Below are positions 1 to 12,460 of a stretch of DNA of 35,789 bases, piece by piece (the first letter of the stretch is position 1; each line of letters starts with the position of its first letter). The position numbers and the translations under genes were made by a program. The notes under the pieces are model-generated. The model did not search any database, was not told the origin of the DNA, and saw only the letters and a list, made by a program, of their open reading frames with translations. Source of the DNA: Octopus sinensis (Eukaryota); contig NW_021828073.1 in the NCBI RefSeq assembly GCF_006345805.1, forward strand, positions 1-35,789, written 5' to 3'.

Positions 1-1460
1 TAATAAGTAGAAAGTTAGAAAATCCACAAATATCCTCAGGAAGATGGCCCTGCTCGATCTGTAGAAAAGGTGTAGGTAGAAACTCTATAAGATGTACCCA
101 TGTAAGCTATGGACACATAAGAGGTGCAGCAATGTCAAAGGTAGGCTAACTGGGAAGATAGTTTTTGTATGCGCAGATGCTCTGAGCATTGACCTCCGAA
201 AATCTGCAGAAAACAACTTCCGTCACTTTCCGGGGGAAAAACTAGAAGTAGTTGATAGCTTCCGCTATCTAGGTGACCAAGTCAGTAGTGGGGGCGGGTG
301 CGCTGAAAGTGTAACTGCTAGAATAAGAATAGCCTGGGCAAAGTTTAGGGAGCTCTTACCTCTGCTGGTGACTAAAGGCCTCTCGCTCAGAGTAAAAGGC
401 AGACTGTATGATGCATGTGTACGAACAGCTATGCTACATGGCAGTGAAACATGGGCCGTGACTGCTGAGGACATGCGTAAGCTTGTGAGGAACGAAGCCA
501 GTATGCTCCGATGGATTGTAATGTGTCAGTGTACTTACTCGACAGAGCCTTAGTACCTGAGAGAAATGTTGTACCTAAGAAGCATCAGTTGTTGTGTGCA
601 AGAGAGACGATTGCGCTGGTATGGTCATGTGGCGAGAATGGATGAAGATAGGTGTGTGAGAAAGTGCCAATCCCTAGCAGTTGAGGGAACCCGTGGAAGA
701 GGTAGACCCAGGAAAACCTGGGACGAAGTGGTGAAGCACGACCTTCGGACGTTAAGTCTCACCATGGAAATGACTAGAGACCGAGACCTATGGAAGTATG
801 CTGTGCGTGAGAAGACCCGGCAAGACTAGTGAAGCCATAATCCGTGGCCCCTACCTGGGACGTAGTCAGTCCACCTGTGCATACCTTCCTTCTTGTGACA
901 CTTGTGAAGACCTGTTGAGGCAAGTGAGAATCGAATCAAATCAAATCAAGTCAAATCGAACCAAATCAAAATAGATGAACATCAATGGAATTTGTATCCT
1001 TGTGGTACCAGTGTCGGTGGCACATAATAAAACCATCCGAACGTGATCGTAGCCCGTACCGCAACGACTGGCCTCCGTGCTGAGGGCACATAACAATCAC
1101 CATCCGAGCGTGGCCGTCCGCCAGCCCGTCTGGCCCTGTGTCGGTGACACATAAGAAAACACCATCCGAGCGGGGCCGTCAGCCAGCCTCGTCTGGCACC
1201 TGTGTCGGTGGCACATAAAAAACCACCATCCGAGCGTGGCCGTCTGCCAGCCTCGTCTGGCACCTGTGTCGGTGGCACATAAAATCACCCACTACACTCT
1301 CGGAGTGGTTGGCATTAGGAAGGGCATCCAGCTGTAGAAACACTGCCAGATCTGACTGGCCTGGTGCAGCCTTCGGGCTTGCCAGACCCCAGTTGAACCG
1401 TCCAACCCATGCTAGCATGGAAAGCGGACGTTAAACGATGATGATGATGATGATGATGAT
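1..1460 (+). mobile_element. RTE-clade LINE copy 1 (cut by window edge): frameshifted RT C-terminus, 3' UTR, (GAT)n tail
   Basis: Fragments KLEVVDSFRYLGDQVSSGGG, GSETWAVT, RRLRWYGHVARM, GRGRPRKTWDEVVKHDL; stop at 827-829; (AAATC)n at about 930-970; three 62-bp units at 1099-1285; CCATGCTAGCATGG then (GAT)n. Confidence 0.93.
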
Positions 1461-1495
1461 ATATATATGTATATATATATATATATGTATATATA

Positions 1496-2999
1496 TAGCC
1501 AAAACCAAAGTCCTAATAAGTAGGAAGGTGGACCAACCACAAACGACTTCAGGTAGATGGCCCTGCTCGATCTGTAAAAAAGGTGTAGGTAGAAACTCTA
1601 TAAGTTGCACCAAGTGTAAGCTATGGACACATAAGAGGTGCAGCAATGTCAAAGGTAGGCTAACTGGGAAGATAGTTTTCGTATGTGGCAGATGCTCAGG
1701 AGAAATAAACACTGGAAATGTGCAGAGACCAACTCTACCACGTCCAGGGAGACAAACTAGAAGTAGTTGATAGCTTCCGCTACCTAGGAGACCAAGTCAG
1801 TAGCGGGGGTGGGGGTGCTGAAAGTGAACTGCTAGAGTAAGAATAGCCTGGCAAAGTTTAGAGAGCTCTTACCCCTGCTGGTGGGACAAAAGGCCTCTCG
1901 CTCAGAGTAAAAGCAGACTGTATGATGCATGTGTACGTACAGCCATGCTACATGGTAGTGAAACATGGGCCGTGACTGCTGAGGATATGCGTAAGCTCGC
2001 AAGAAATGAAGCCAGTATGCTCCGATGGATGTGTAATGTCAGGTTCATAATCGTCAGAGTGTAAGTACCTTGAGAGAAAAGTTGAACCTAAGAAGCGTCA
2101 GTTGTGGTGTGCAAGAGAGACGGCTGCACTGGTATGGTCATATGGACGAGAATGGCTGAAGATATTGTGTTGCAAAAGTGCTACACCCTAACAGTTGAGG
2201 GATCCTGTGGAAGAGGTAGACCCATGAAAACCTGGGACGAAGTGGTGAAGCACGACCTTCGAACTTTAGGTCTCACCAAGGAAATGATAGAGACCGAGAC
2301 CTGTGGAAGTATGCTACGCGTGAGAAGACCTGGCAAGACTAGTCAGGCCATAACCCGTGGCCCCTACCTGGGACGTAGTCAGTCCACCTGTGCATATCTT
2401 CCTTCTTGTGACACTTGTGAAGACTGTTGAGGCAAGTGAAAATCAAAAAAAAAAAAAAAATCAAACAAAATCAAAATAGATGAACATCAATGGAATTTGT
2501 ATCTTTGTGGTACCAGTGCCGGTGGCACACAAGAAAACCGTCCGAACTTGGCCGTAGCCAGTACCGCACCGACTGGCCTCCATGCTGTGGGCATGTAACA
2601 ATCACCATCCAATCGTGGCCGATCGCCAGCCTCATCTGGCTCCTGTGTCGGTGGCACATAAAAAACACCATCCGAGCGTGGTCGTCTGCTAGCCTTGTCT
2701 GGCACCTGTGTCGGTGGCACATAAAAACACCATCCGAGCATGGCCGTTGGCCAGCCTTGTCTGGCACATAAAAACACCATCCGAGCGTGGCCGTTCGCCA
2801 GCCTCGTCTGGCACCTGTGTCGGTGGCACATAAAATCACCCACTACACTCTCGGAGTGGTTGGCGTTAGGAAGGGCATCCAGCTGTAGAAACACTGCCAG
2901 ATCTGACTGGCCTGGTGCAGCCTTCGGGCTCCCCAGACCCCAGTTGAACCGTCCAACCCATGCTAGCATGGAAAGCGGACGTTAAATGATGATGATGAT
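1496..2999 (+). mobile_element. RTE-clade LINE copy 2, 5'-truncated, many 1-bp indels
   Basis: Colinear with 29014-30612; begins at AKTKVLISRK directly after (TA)n; stop at 2340-2342; four repeat units at 2604-2836 (one shortened); (GAT)n tail. Confidence 0.94.
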
Positions 3000-3041
3000 A
3001 TATATATGTATGTATATATGTATGTATATATATATATGTAT

Positions 3042-3108
3042 AATGGCGGTGCCCCAGCATGGCCACAGCTCATTAGCTGAAACTGGAAAAATCAAAAATC
3101 AAAATCAT
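3042..3108 (+). mobile_element. SINE-like 3' tail fragment
   Basis: ggcggtgccccagcatggccacagc...ctgaaac matches the tail of the major SINE; (AAAATC)n end. Confidence 0.55.
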
Positions 3109-3111
3109 ATT

Positions 3112-3158
3112 ATATATGTATATATATATATTTATATGTATATATATATATTTATATG

Positions 3159-3211
<53 letters not shown>

Positions 3212-3242
3212 ATATATATATGTATGCATATATATATATGTA

Positions 3243-3293
<51 letters not shown>

Positions 3294-3389
3294 GTATTAT
3301 ATATATATGTATGTATGTATATATATGTATGTATATGTATGTATGTATATATATGTATGTATGTATATATATGTATGTATATATGTATT

Positions 3390-3430
<41 letters not shown>

Positions 3431-3766
3431 TGTATGTATTATATATGTATGTATATATATATACATATACATATATATATGTATATATATATATGTATAT
3501 ATATATGTATGTATATATAATATATGTATGTATATATATATATGTATATAATATGTATGTATATATATATATGTAGGTCTATATATATATGTATATATAT
3601 AATGTATATATGTATATATATATATCTATATATATGTATATATATATCTCTATATATATATGTATATGTATATATATATGTTATATATATGTATATATAT
3701 ATGTGTATATATATATGTATATATATATATGTTATGTATATATGTATATACATATGTATATATATG

Positions 3767-3821
<55 letters not shown>

Positions 3822-3997
3822 GTATATATATGTATATATATATATATGTATATATATGTATATATATATGTATATATATATATGTATATATATATACATA
3901 TACATATATATATGTATATATATGTATATATGTATACATATATGTATATATATACATATATACATATATGTATATATGTATATATATATATATATAT
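3112..3997. repeat. Compound (TA)n/(TATG)n microsatellite, about 890 bp
   Basis: Direct inspection; source of the Y/I/M/C-rich pseudo-ORFs. Confidence 0.98.
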
Positions 3998-4192
3998 GTC
4001 TTTGGACAAATTCCTTCAAACAGTACCGGACAAACCACCCACACCGGGATATCTGTCCGCAAACAATAACTCTCTGCTCGAATGGGCCTTGGTGCCCAAG
4101 TCCTGAACTGAAAGACTTCGCCAGGTGGTGCTATTAAGTTAGACATGGCCTGGGCCAATACTGGCCAAAACCTTTCTAAGTTATTCTAAGTT
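3998..4192 (+). mobile_element. CR1-like LINE 3' end fragment
   Basis: [17 protein letters not shown]...NSLLEW* resembles the LDxFLxxVPDxP C-terminus of CR1-group ORF2; short UTR ending in a tctaagt repeat; embedded in (TA)n. Confidence 0.7.
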
Positions 4193-4716
4193 ATATATCT
4201 CGTATCTTTGTAGTATCTTACGTAACTTCAAAAATGTACATACTTTTACGTATTGAGTTTTTTTCTGCTGTTCTCCTCTGAACACACATGCACACATACA
4301 TACATACCATACAGGTGTAGGCATGAATGTTACCTGTTACATGATAACGTGTGTGCAGTAGACAATGTGGCATGATGATACGAAGGTCTCTCTTACACAC
4401 ATACATGCATATATACACACACACACACACATGTACTGATACACACACACACCCACTAACAAGGCATTTCTCCCTCACCCCGATTGTCCTGCCTCTCTTG
4501 TTTGAGACCACTTTCAGTTTCGTCGCTTTTCTCCTTAGCAAAATTCATCACTGCTCCACAGCGTTTTATGTTTCCCTTTACAATGACGAGAGGTTTCTTA
4601 GTCAATGCCTTTACGCCCGCGTGTATGTGTATTTATAAATGTTGGAATTTATGTTTATACAAATATGTACATGCAACCGGATGATATACATGCATCCATG
4701 TGTTCCTCCATGTGCA

Positions 4717-4761
<45 letters not shown>

Positions 4762-5544
4762 ATGCATGTATATGTATATATACATACACGCACAGACAAG
4801 GAGCTACATATACACGTGCAAGGGCGCGTACATTAACGATACATGTACAGTGATATGCAGGCAATCATGGTTTATATATAACCATGCATATGTACATGTG
4901 GCCATGTTGTTTATAGATGTTACATGTGTATGTGCATTATCAATGGATATGTATGGTAATGTGCACGTGCTTGTACGAGGATGATTTATGCGTATAATAC
5001 ATACACACGCTGCTCAAATTCTCTTGTGCATGTGCGCACGTATGTATGTATGTGTATATATATGTGTGTGTGTGCGTGTGTAAACACGTGGATTATTTCT
5101 GCTATTACGTGTGCAATACGAATGATGCAAATAAACAAATCCCACGTTTTTTTATCATTCAATATTTGATCAATTTTTTTTTCTTTCAACGTTACTGGAA
5201 ATAGTTATAATAAATTTACTTATTTTATTTTGGTGAAGGTAAAGAATACGGATCTTTTCTGTTTGATTACGCACACTTGATGTTTAGGGTTATGGTTACG
5301 CCGAAAACGAGTGGTGTGCGTATTTATTCTATAACAAGAATAGTGTTGTCAGTGATTTCGAAGTATTGACTCTGCTTATCCTTCATCAGACTGTCTTTAC
5401 AAAAAGTGTCGAGCAATCCCTCAGTTAAAAGTAAAATAGTTTGTATTATAATTCGTGCTAAAACAAACACATTGGTACTGATCAAACTGGTTTTTCAAAT
5501 CAAGGGTTCACAAATTTAAATACCGGTGATAACAGTGGCTCTTT

Positions 5545-5675
5545 GGATTGTTCGAATCCTGCCACAGTTGACTGCCTTTCTTGATCGATAAAGCAAGTAC
5601 CAAGCAAAGTATTTAGTGTCAATTTAATCGACTACACCCCCTCACTACCTCTGTAACATATGTGGCCTTGTGCCT
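5545..5675 (+). mobile_element. Degraded fragment of the SINE type seen at 16476
   Basis: ttcgaatcctgcc...gactgcctttc...gataaagcaagtacca...aatcgact...ggccttgtgcct. Confidence 0.45.
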
Positions 5676-5921
5676 CTACACTTGTCAAGTTTCCCTCGCC
5701 CTTTCCTCCCCCACTCTCTCATATTTATTTCCTCCTCATACGCTCACTATCTACTCCGCCTCTTGTACTTGCTCTCGCCATCTTTCCTTCTTTTTTGTGT
5801 TGTACTCGCTCTCTCCCTCTCACTTTTATCTCCTCCTACTCTTGTATTCTCATCATCTTTCCTTTCTCTTGACACCTTACCCTAATTCCTTTTCTCTATC
5901 AATTCCCTTGTGCTGTATCTG

Positions 5922-5959
<38 letters not shown>

Positions 5960-5966
5960 CACACAA

Positions 5967-6198
5967 CAGGGAATATTATCTATCTTTCTATATACACACA
6001 CATACTAACATGGGGAAAATATATGAAAAATAGAGATGTAGAGATAAAGAGACGAAAACTAGAGAAAAAAGATCTATATATATAGATCTCTTTTCTCTCT
6101 CTATCTAGTTTTCGTCTCTTTATCTCTGCATCTCTATTTTTCATATATTTTTCTCATGCTAGTATGTGTGTAGATAGATAGATAGATAATATTCCCTG
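5967..6198. repeat. Imperfect palindrome of about 230 bp
   Basis: cagggaatattatctat ... atagataatattccctg arms; centre is the perfect 20-mer AGATCTATATATATAGATCT at 6070-6089. Confidence 0.88.
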
Positions 6199-6457
6199 CT
6201 GTCACCCTCCTGTCTTGTATCATCTTTCGCTTCTCTGCTAGTCGAACTCTTAGACTCTTTCTTAGCTATATTGGTTGTTTTATTTATTTATATATTTATT
6301 CTTTGTTTATATTTGGTTATGTAATAATGCTAACATTTTCCTTTGCCGAACAAAAGATAAATAAATGAGTAAAATAGCATCTTTTATGATAACTTTCGGT
6401 TCTAATGCCGGAGTTCATTTTCTTACTATCTTTCGATAATTAAAATAATTCTTTGAA

Positions 6458-6873
6458 ACTTCATGTTTAATTATTGGATTGCGGCGATGCTGGGGTACCG
6501 CTTTGAAGGGTTTAGTCGAACAAATCCACCCCGATACTTCTTAGCACTTGTTCTTTTTCTAAGTCTGGTATTGAATCTGTCGGGGTTCTTTTTGTTTTGT
6601 TTTTCTTTTATCGAATTGCCATGTTTCAGAGACGTAAACAAACTGATGCCGGTTGTCAAGCGGTGTAGGAACAAACACAAAGACGCGTGTGCGCACACAC
6701 ACTCATACACATTTACGACAGGCTTCATTACAGTTTCTGCCTAACATATTCACTCACAAGGTTTTGGTCGACCGAGTGTTATCGTGGAAGCTACCTGCTC
6801 AATGTGCTGCGCAGTCGAGTGGAATTGAACCCGAAACCACGTGGTTGCAAAGTAAAACTTCTTAACCACATGC
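6458..6873 (-). mobile_element. Major tRNA-derived SINE, diverged copy
   Basis: Colinear with 20623-21045 on the minus strand; B-box-like GGGTTCAATTCC. Confidence 0.8.
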
Positions 6874-8135
6874 ATTATTTTAGCCAACGTAAGTAAAATT
6901 TTATATAGATATGCTGAGTATCACCAATTTCGGTTGCTCTTAAATTAAGCTTTTGGCACCAAATCGAAAATAGGGGACCACTTTGGACAATAGCGTCGGA
7001 TATTTACAAAGAAAGTAGGAAAATTAATTTCATGTTTTTGTTGCTTTATTTAACATATGGGATCTTTTCAATTGTGTGGCCAGGAGCCCAGATCTTTCTA
7101 CTTAACTAAATAATTTGAAACTTCGTATGCTGGTACAGTGTTTCAAAACAAGACACAGGTTGGAACTAGTTTATTTGAGAAAAATCTATTTTATGACTTT
7201 AATCGTAGATTAAAACTGCGAATTTTAACCAATGAGATTGCTTGTTTTCATATTTAATACGTTACTGCATTCTGTTAGTGTGACGTAGAAAGCAGTTTTG
7301 TGACGTAGGCAACTGTGCACATTTGAGGCTAACATACATAGATACATACACACACACACACACACACACATAGATACACACACACACACACACACACATA
7401 CATACACACACATACATACATAGATACATACACACACACGCTTCCGCTGTTTTCTTCAGACTTTCTCATTGAAAAACATTTGCAACACAATTCGAGAAGC
7501 AGTTCTGAATAAAATACACGTGGTCCTTAAGAAAACAGCAACAGAGGTTAGTAGGACCTGAAACATGAGTAATCTGTGAGAGAGGTAGTTCAGAGTGATA
7601 AAAATCAGAATTTATCAGAATTCCTCAAAAGTTATAGTCAACATAATCTAAAGATGACCAGATCGAAATTTAGGGACGAACTGTTTGTTCAACAGGAAAA
7701 TTTTACGTTTGCGATCGGTTATTTCACATTTCTTAAATGTCCAAATACTTCACAATTTTACGTTTGCAAATAAATTTATCACTCCTTAAATTATGAGAGC
7801 TATCCAATAATTATATATTTATTTTTAAAAAAACCACAAACACTTTATATGAATATTTGTTTTTTTTAAAGTTGTGTAAGCAAAAAATTAAGACAACATG
7901 ATTAAATTTTAACAGGACAAAAAGTGAAAATGAAAAGAAAGTAAAACAAGTTTTACAGTATTCAGATATGGTCGTGTATTTAGATTTCGAATCCTGCTTA
8001 GGTAGGTTTTACTTTTCACGCAAAACAATCTAATATTGGCTGTGTGATTAAAAGAAATTATTTTCCATTAAGGACAATGTGTGTGTGTGTACGCACATTC
8101 ATCCGTCGATACGCACATAATTATCTCGGTAGTAT

Positions 8136-8545
8136 CTTTCTTTTTCTTTCTTTTTACTTGTTTCAGTCATTTGACTGCGGCCATGCTGGAGCACCACCTT
8201 TAGTCGAGCAACTCGACCCCGGAACTTATTCTTTTTGTAAGCCCAGTACTTATTCTATCGGTCTCTTTTTGCCGAACCGCTAAGTGACGGGGACGTAAAC
8301 ACACCAGCATCGGTTGTCAAGCAATGCTAGGGGGACAAACACAGACACAAACACACATACATACATATATATACATATATACGACAGGCTTCTTTCAGTT
8401 TCCGTCTACCAAATCCACTCACAAGGCATTGGTCGGCCCGGGGCTACAGCAGAAGACACTTGCCCAAGATGCCACGCAGTGGGACTGAACCCGGAACCAT
8501 GTGGTTGGTTAGCAAGCTACTTACCACACAGCCACTCCTGCACCT
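8136..8545 (-). mobile_element. Major tRNA-derived SINE, full length
   Basis: Head ggtgcaggagtggctgtgtgg (A box), GGTTCAGTCCC (B box), internal (TA/TG)n, gaaacaagtaaaaag tail. Confidence 0.93.
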
Positions 8546-8965
8546 ATAGTATAGTCGTAATAGTAGATATTGTTATCCCAGATCAGCCCCGTCGAAGCAA
8601 ACCTGTGATCTAAAGTGTTCCAGCTACGACCGTCTCACGTTTTATGTTGTGAACGCAAATAAAGTAGCAGAAAGTCATAATTTTGATTAGGAAATAAGTT
8701 ACCCTGTTAAAAAAAAAAAGTCCCATATTGCTTATTATCAAAGATAATTAGACTTTATTAAGCAAATACTTTTTAAGTCGCTAATTAAGTGACGAGAGAT
8801 GATATATAGAATGACAATACAGTTTATAAACTAGTTTTACACATAAATGAAGTGTGCGTGTGGGGGGGGGCAGAAAGATCTGGGCTCCTCGCCACACAAT
8901 TGAAAAGATCCCATATGTGAACTGAACCCGATAGAAGGTTTTACGTTTTTTCTTTTTCTTTCTTC

Positions 8966-9245
8966 TAAGTATGAATCCTTACGTCGTCTTTTTCAAGCCT
9001 AGCCAGACTCATGGGCCCGGTTTCTGTGGTGTATGTGTTCCTCCCAGCTAGACGGGACGCCAGTCCATCGCAGTTGCTCAAGAAACAGGAAGAGAAAGTT
9101 GTAGCGAAAGAATACAACAGGGGTCGCCACCACCCACTGCCGGAGCCTCGTGGAGCTTTTAGGTTTTCGCTCAATAAACACACACACAACCGAGATCCTC
9201 CGACCGCGAGTCCGCTGCCCTAACCACTGGGCCATTGCACCACCA
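8966..9245 (-). mobile_element. tRNA-derived SINE with V-SINE-like central domain
   Basis: A box TGGCCCAGTGG; ctgcgatggactggcgtcccgtc resembles the V-domain core as I recall it; B box disrupted by (GT)n. Confidence 0.65.
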
Positions 9246-9659
9246 CGAAGTAAATCCTAGCGAACTAATTCTGTGACAATGTTTCGATTCTCCTAACGTC
9301 TTTGCGAAAGGCATCCAACACCAAGTTTCTCCTCTAGAAACTCTATAACTGTAACTATATAAGAACTATTCTTTGGTCAATAAAACCCCAGTGTTTTACG
9401 AATTTCGAGAGCAAGGTATTTGCCAAGACAATAAAAACATCATGTAAATACGTCAGCCACACGCAGTGAATTGATGTATAAACATCGTAAAATAAATAGA
9501 TCCACTGTATTTAAGAGCTCATTTGATAACACATTGTTAAACTCCATCTAGTACATTATTACAATGCAGTAAACCTAGGTTGAATAAACTCGCATGTATG
9601 TAAAGAATTTGTGCTTTTCTGCTTTATATCTCCCCCTCTCTCTTTCACACACACACACA

Positions 9660-9983
9660 CAATGGGACCGCGTTTTACGAATTTAATACGTTCCTGAAGG
9701 CCATTCATCCCACAAGATGTTCGTAAACTGAAACTATCTTGCCCATAAGAAATTTGAAAGACGACATGGCAAATTTGATTAAGGATGTGCACTGTGGTGA
9801 AAACTAGACAACAACTGACTCTTTTTCTCGCGGATGTTCCGAACTTATCGCCAACTGTTGTTGCCTGTTTGCGTGTTAGTTACTCGGAGCATCATTTGTC
9901 ACCTGAGATGGTTTATGTTCGAAAAATTGTTCATAAATCAATTTGTTCGTAATGGGAGGCGTTCGTAAACTGAAATTCCACTA
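9660..9983. mobile_element. Tigger/pogo-like non-autonomous DNA transposon (MITE)
   Basis: Imperfect TIRs caatgggaccgcgttttacgaa / ttcgtaaactgaaattccacta; right end abuts (TA)n; repeated gttcgtaa subterminal motifs. Confidence 0.55.
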
Positions 9984-10022
9984 TATATATATATATATAT
10001 ATATATATTGCCTACTACTGTC

Positions 10023-10269
10023 TTTGTGAGTGGATTTGGTAGACAGAAACTGAAAGAAGCCTGATGTGTATATAAATATATGTATTTGTGTATGTGTTTG
10101 TCCCCCACTACCACTTGACAACCGGTGTTGGTTTGTTTATACCTGTAACTTAGTTTGGTAAAAGAAACCAATAGAGTAAGTACTGGGGGTCGAATTCGCT
10201 TGACTAAACCCTTAGAAGCTGTGCCCCAGTATGGCTGCAGTCCAATGACTGAAGCAAGTAAAAGATAAA
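10023..10269 (+). mobile_element. Major SINE, 5'-truncated and diverged
   Basis: ttgtgagtggatttggtagacagaaactgaaagaagcc...gactgaagcaagtaaaag. Confidence 0.85.
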
Positions 10270-10291
10270 TGGTAAGAAAGATATATATGCT

Positions 10292-10326
<35 letters not shown>

Positions 10327-10643
10327 GGTTTTAGTTCACGTTCTGCCTTTCACCTTTTATTCGATTCGTGCTGGGAGATTGTTGGTGCTGTTGTTGAACC
10401 AACAAATCCATACTGATTGAGCAGATGCATTACGACCATGACCTTTTGTGCACATCCATGACTACATTGTCTAACATGCCTTTGATAGGGATGTAAACAA
10501 AACAGCACTTATTGTCAAGCAGTGCTGGGAAACAAACACACATACATATACACGCATATACATACATACATACTTCAGGAAAGGGGAAAAAAATCTGCAT
10601 AAATATTTAACTTGTATATGTACTTCTATAAATATAGATACCT

Positions 10644-11009
10644 CGCAGGAGTGGCTGTGTGGTAAGTAGCTGGCTTACCAACCACATGGTTCCGGGTTCA
10701 GTCCCACTGCGTAGCACCTTGGGCAAGTGTCTTTTACTATAGCCTCGGGCCCACCAAAGCCTTGTGGAAACTGAAAGAAGCCCGTCGTATATATGTATAT
10801 ATGTTTGTCCCCCTAGCATTGCTTGACAACCGATGCTGGTGTGTTTATGTCCCCGTCACTTAGCGGTTCGGCAAAAGAGACCGATAGGATAAGTACTGGG
10901 CATACAAAGAATAAGTCCCGGGGTCGAGTTGCTCGACTAAAGGCGGTGCTCCAGCATGGCCGCAGTCAAATGACTGAAACAAGTAAAAGAGTAAAAGAGA
11001 GAGAGTAAG
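10644..11009 (+). mobile_element. Major SINE, near full length, small internal deletion
   Basis: A and B boxes, GTCGAG-TTG-CTCGAC hairpin, (GTAAAAGA)n tail. Confidence 0.93.
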
Positions 11010-11389
11010 AGTACCTCTTTCAATGTTTTGTCAAATTGCAGTTGGTGACACTGAATAAATTTCAATAACAATGAATTAAAATAGTTGTACAGATTTTTCC
11101 TTTTTTGAAGTGTGTATATTTATTAGGCAGACTCTATGTACAGTAAGTAGCATCCTCGTGAGAAGGAACTCTTAACTTATATCAACAATTTTATCATGAC
11201 TTGTCACTGGACACACCTATGGCATCATGCACATTTTGTATATGAATATGTTATTATATATGGATATAGTTATTACATAAGTTATGGTTGTCTCGAAACA
11301 GCTGTCAAGATAAGACTTGACATAATTCTTCTAATCTTATAATTTTTTTCTTTATTCAGTAATCTGTATTTTTTGTGCTCCATGTAAAT

Positions 11390-11605
11390 CAGTAGTATTC
11401 AACTAATTTCTTATTTATGAAACCCTTTGATTACCTCTTTTTACTTGGGTGGACCCTCATAGCTATTCAATGTTTAAAAAATCATATATTTTTAGAATTA
11501 AATATTATTACAAATTGTGTTTTGTTCAAGTAAAACCAATTTGTTGCACATAAATTTCAATAACAAAATCTTATACAGACCCTTAAGAGTCATATGGACC
11601 CTGAT
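11390..11605. mobile_element. Degraded hAT-like MITE
   Basis: cagtagtattcaac left end; interior resembles 28007-28316 and 28710-30746. Confidence 0.45.
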
Positions 11606-11679
11606 GTAAATATACATCTCAAGCCTACCTGTATTTACTTTAATATCACTTCTCTTTCCCTCTCCCTATCTCCGTCTCT

Positions 11680-12033
11680 CTGTGGCCATGCAGGAGCATT
11701 GCCTTTAGTTGAGCAAATCGACCCCAGAACTTATTCTTTGTAAGCCTAGTACTTATTCTATCGGTCTCTTTTGCCGAACCGCTAAGTTACAGGGACGTAA
11801 ACACACCAGCATCGGTTGTCAAGCAATGTTGGGGGGACAAACACAGAGGTAGGTACATATACATATATACGACAGGCTTCTTTCAGTTTCCGTCTACCAA
11901 ATCCACTCACAAGGCTTTGGTCGACCCGAGGCTATAGTAGAAGACACTTGCCCAAGGTGCCACACAGTGGGACTTAACCCGGAACCATGTGGTTCGTAAT
12001 CAAGCTACTTACCACACAGCCAATCCTATGCCT
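11680..12033 (-). mobile_element. Major SINE
   Basis: Colinear with consensus; tail end lost. Confidence 0.9.
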
Positions 12034-12059
12034 ATAAAATAAGTTTGCATTTTGAATAT

Positions 12060-12182
12060 TTGGAGTAGAATATCTTCAAGACCAATGGACATTGAGGTTC
12101 TCCAACAGTCTATTGGAGAATCTCAATTGATCGACACATAGTGTTCTTAATGTCCATTGGCCCTGAAGATATTTTACTCTAA
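12060..12182. repeat. Branched inverted repeat
   Basis: Outer arms ttggagtagaatatcttcaagaccaatggacattgag / cttaatgtccattggccctgaagatattttactctaa; inner hairpin ttgaggttctccaa-cagtcta-ttggagaatctcaa. Confidence 0.85.
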
Positions 12183-12460
12183 GTTCAATCCCACAGTGCA
12201 ACATCTTATTTTATTCTATGTTTCTAATTTGTATTGAGTGTGAATTGAAACAATTGTAGGCCTTATTAAAAATGTTAATAAATTAATTTATATCCATTAA
12301 ATCTCTCCATTTTCTTACTTAATAATATAAGTTATTTATAATATATCTATTTTTATATTGAAGAGATATTTTTCAACAATATAATATATTAAACCAGTGT
12401 ACCTTGGATGAAACCATCCCTATAAGAGGTTTATATATCCTTGTAGTGACTCTGTGTGTG

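Noticed and set aside
2986-4158. Long ORFs of 100-240 aa rich in Y/I/M/C/H/T (also at 22351-23173, 25773-26822, 35470-35763)
   Set aside because: Translations of (TA)n/(TG)n microsatellites, which lack stop codons in several frames
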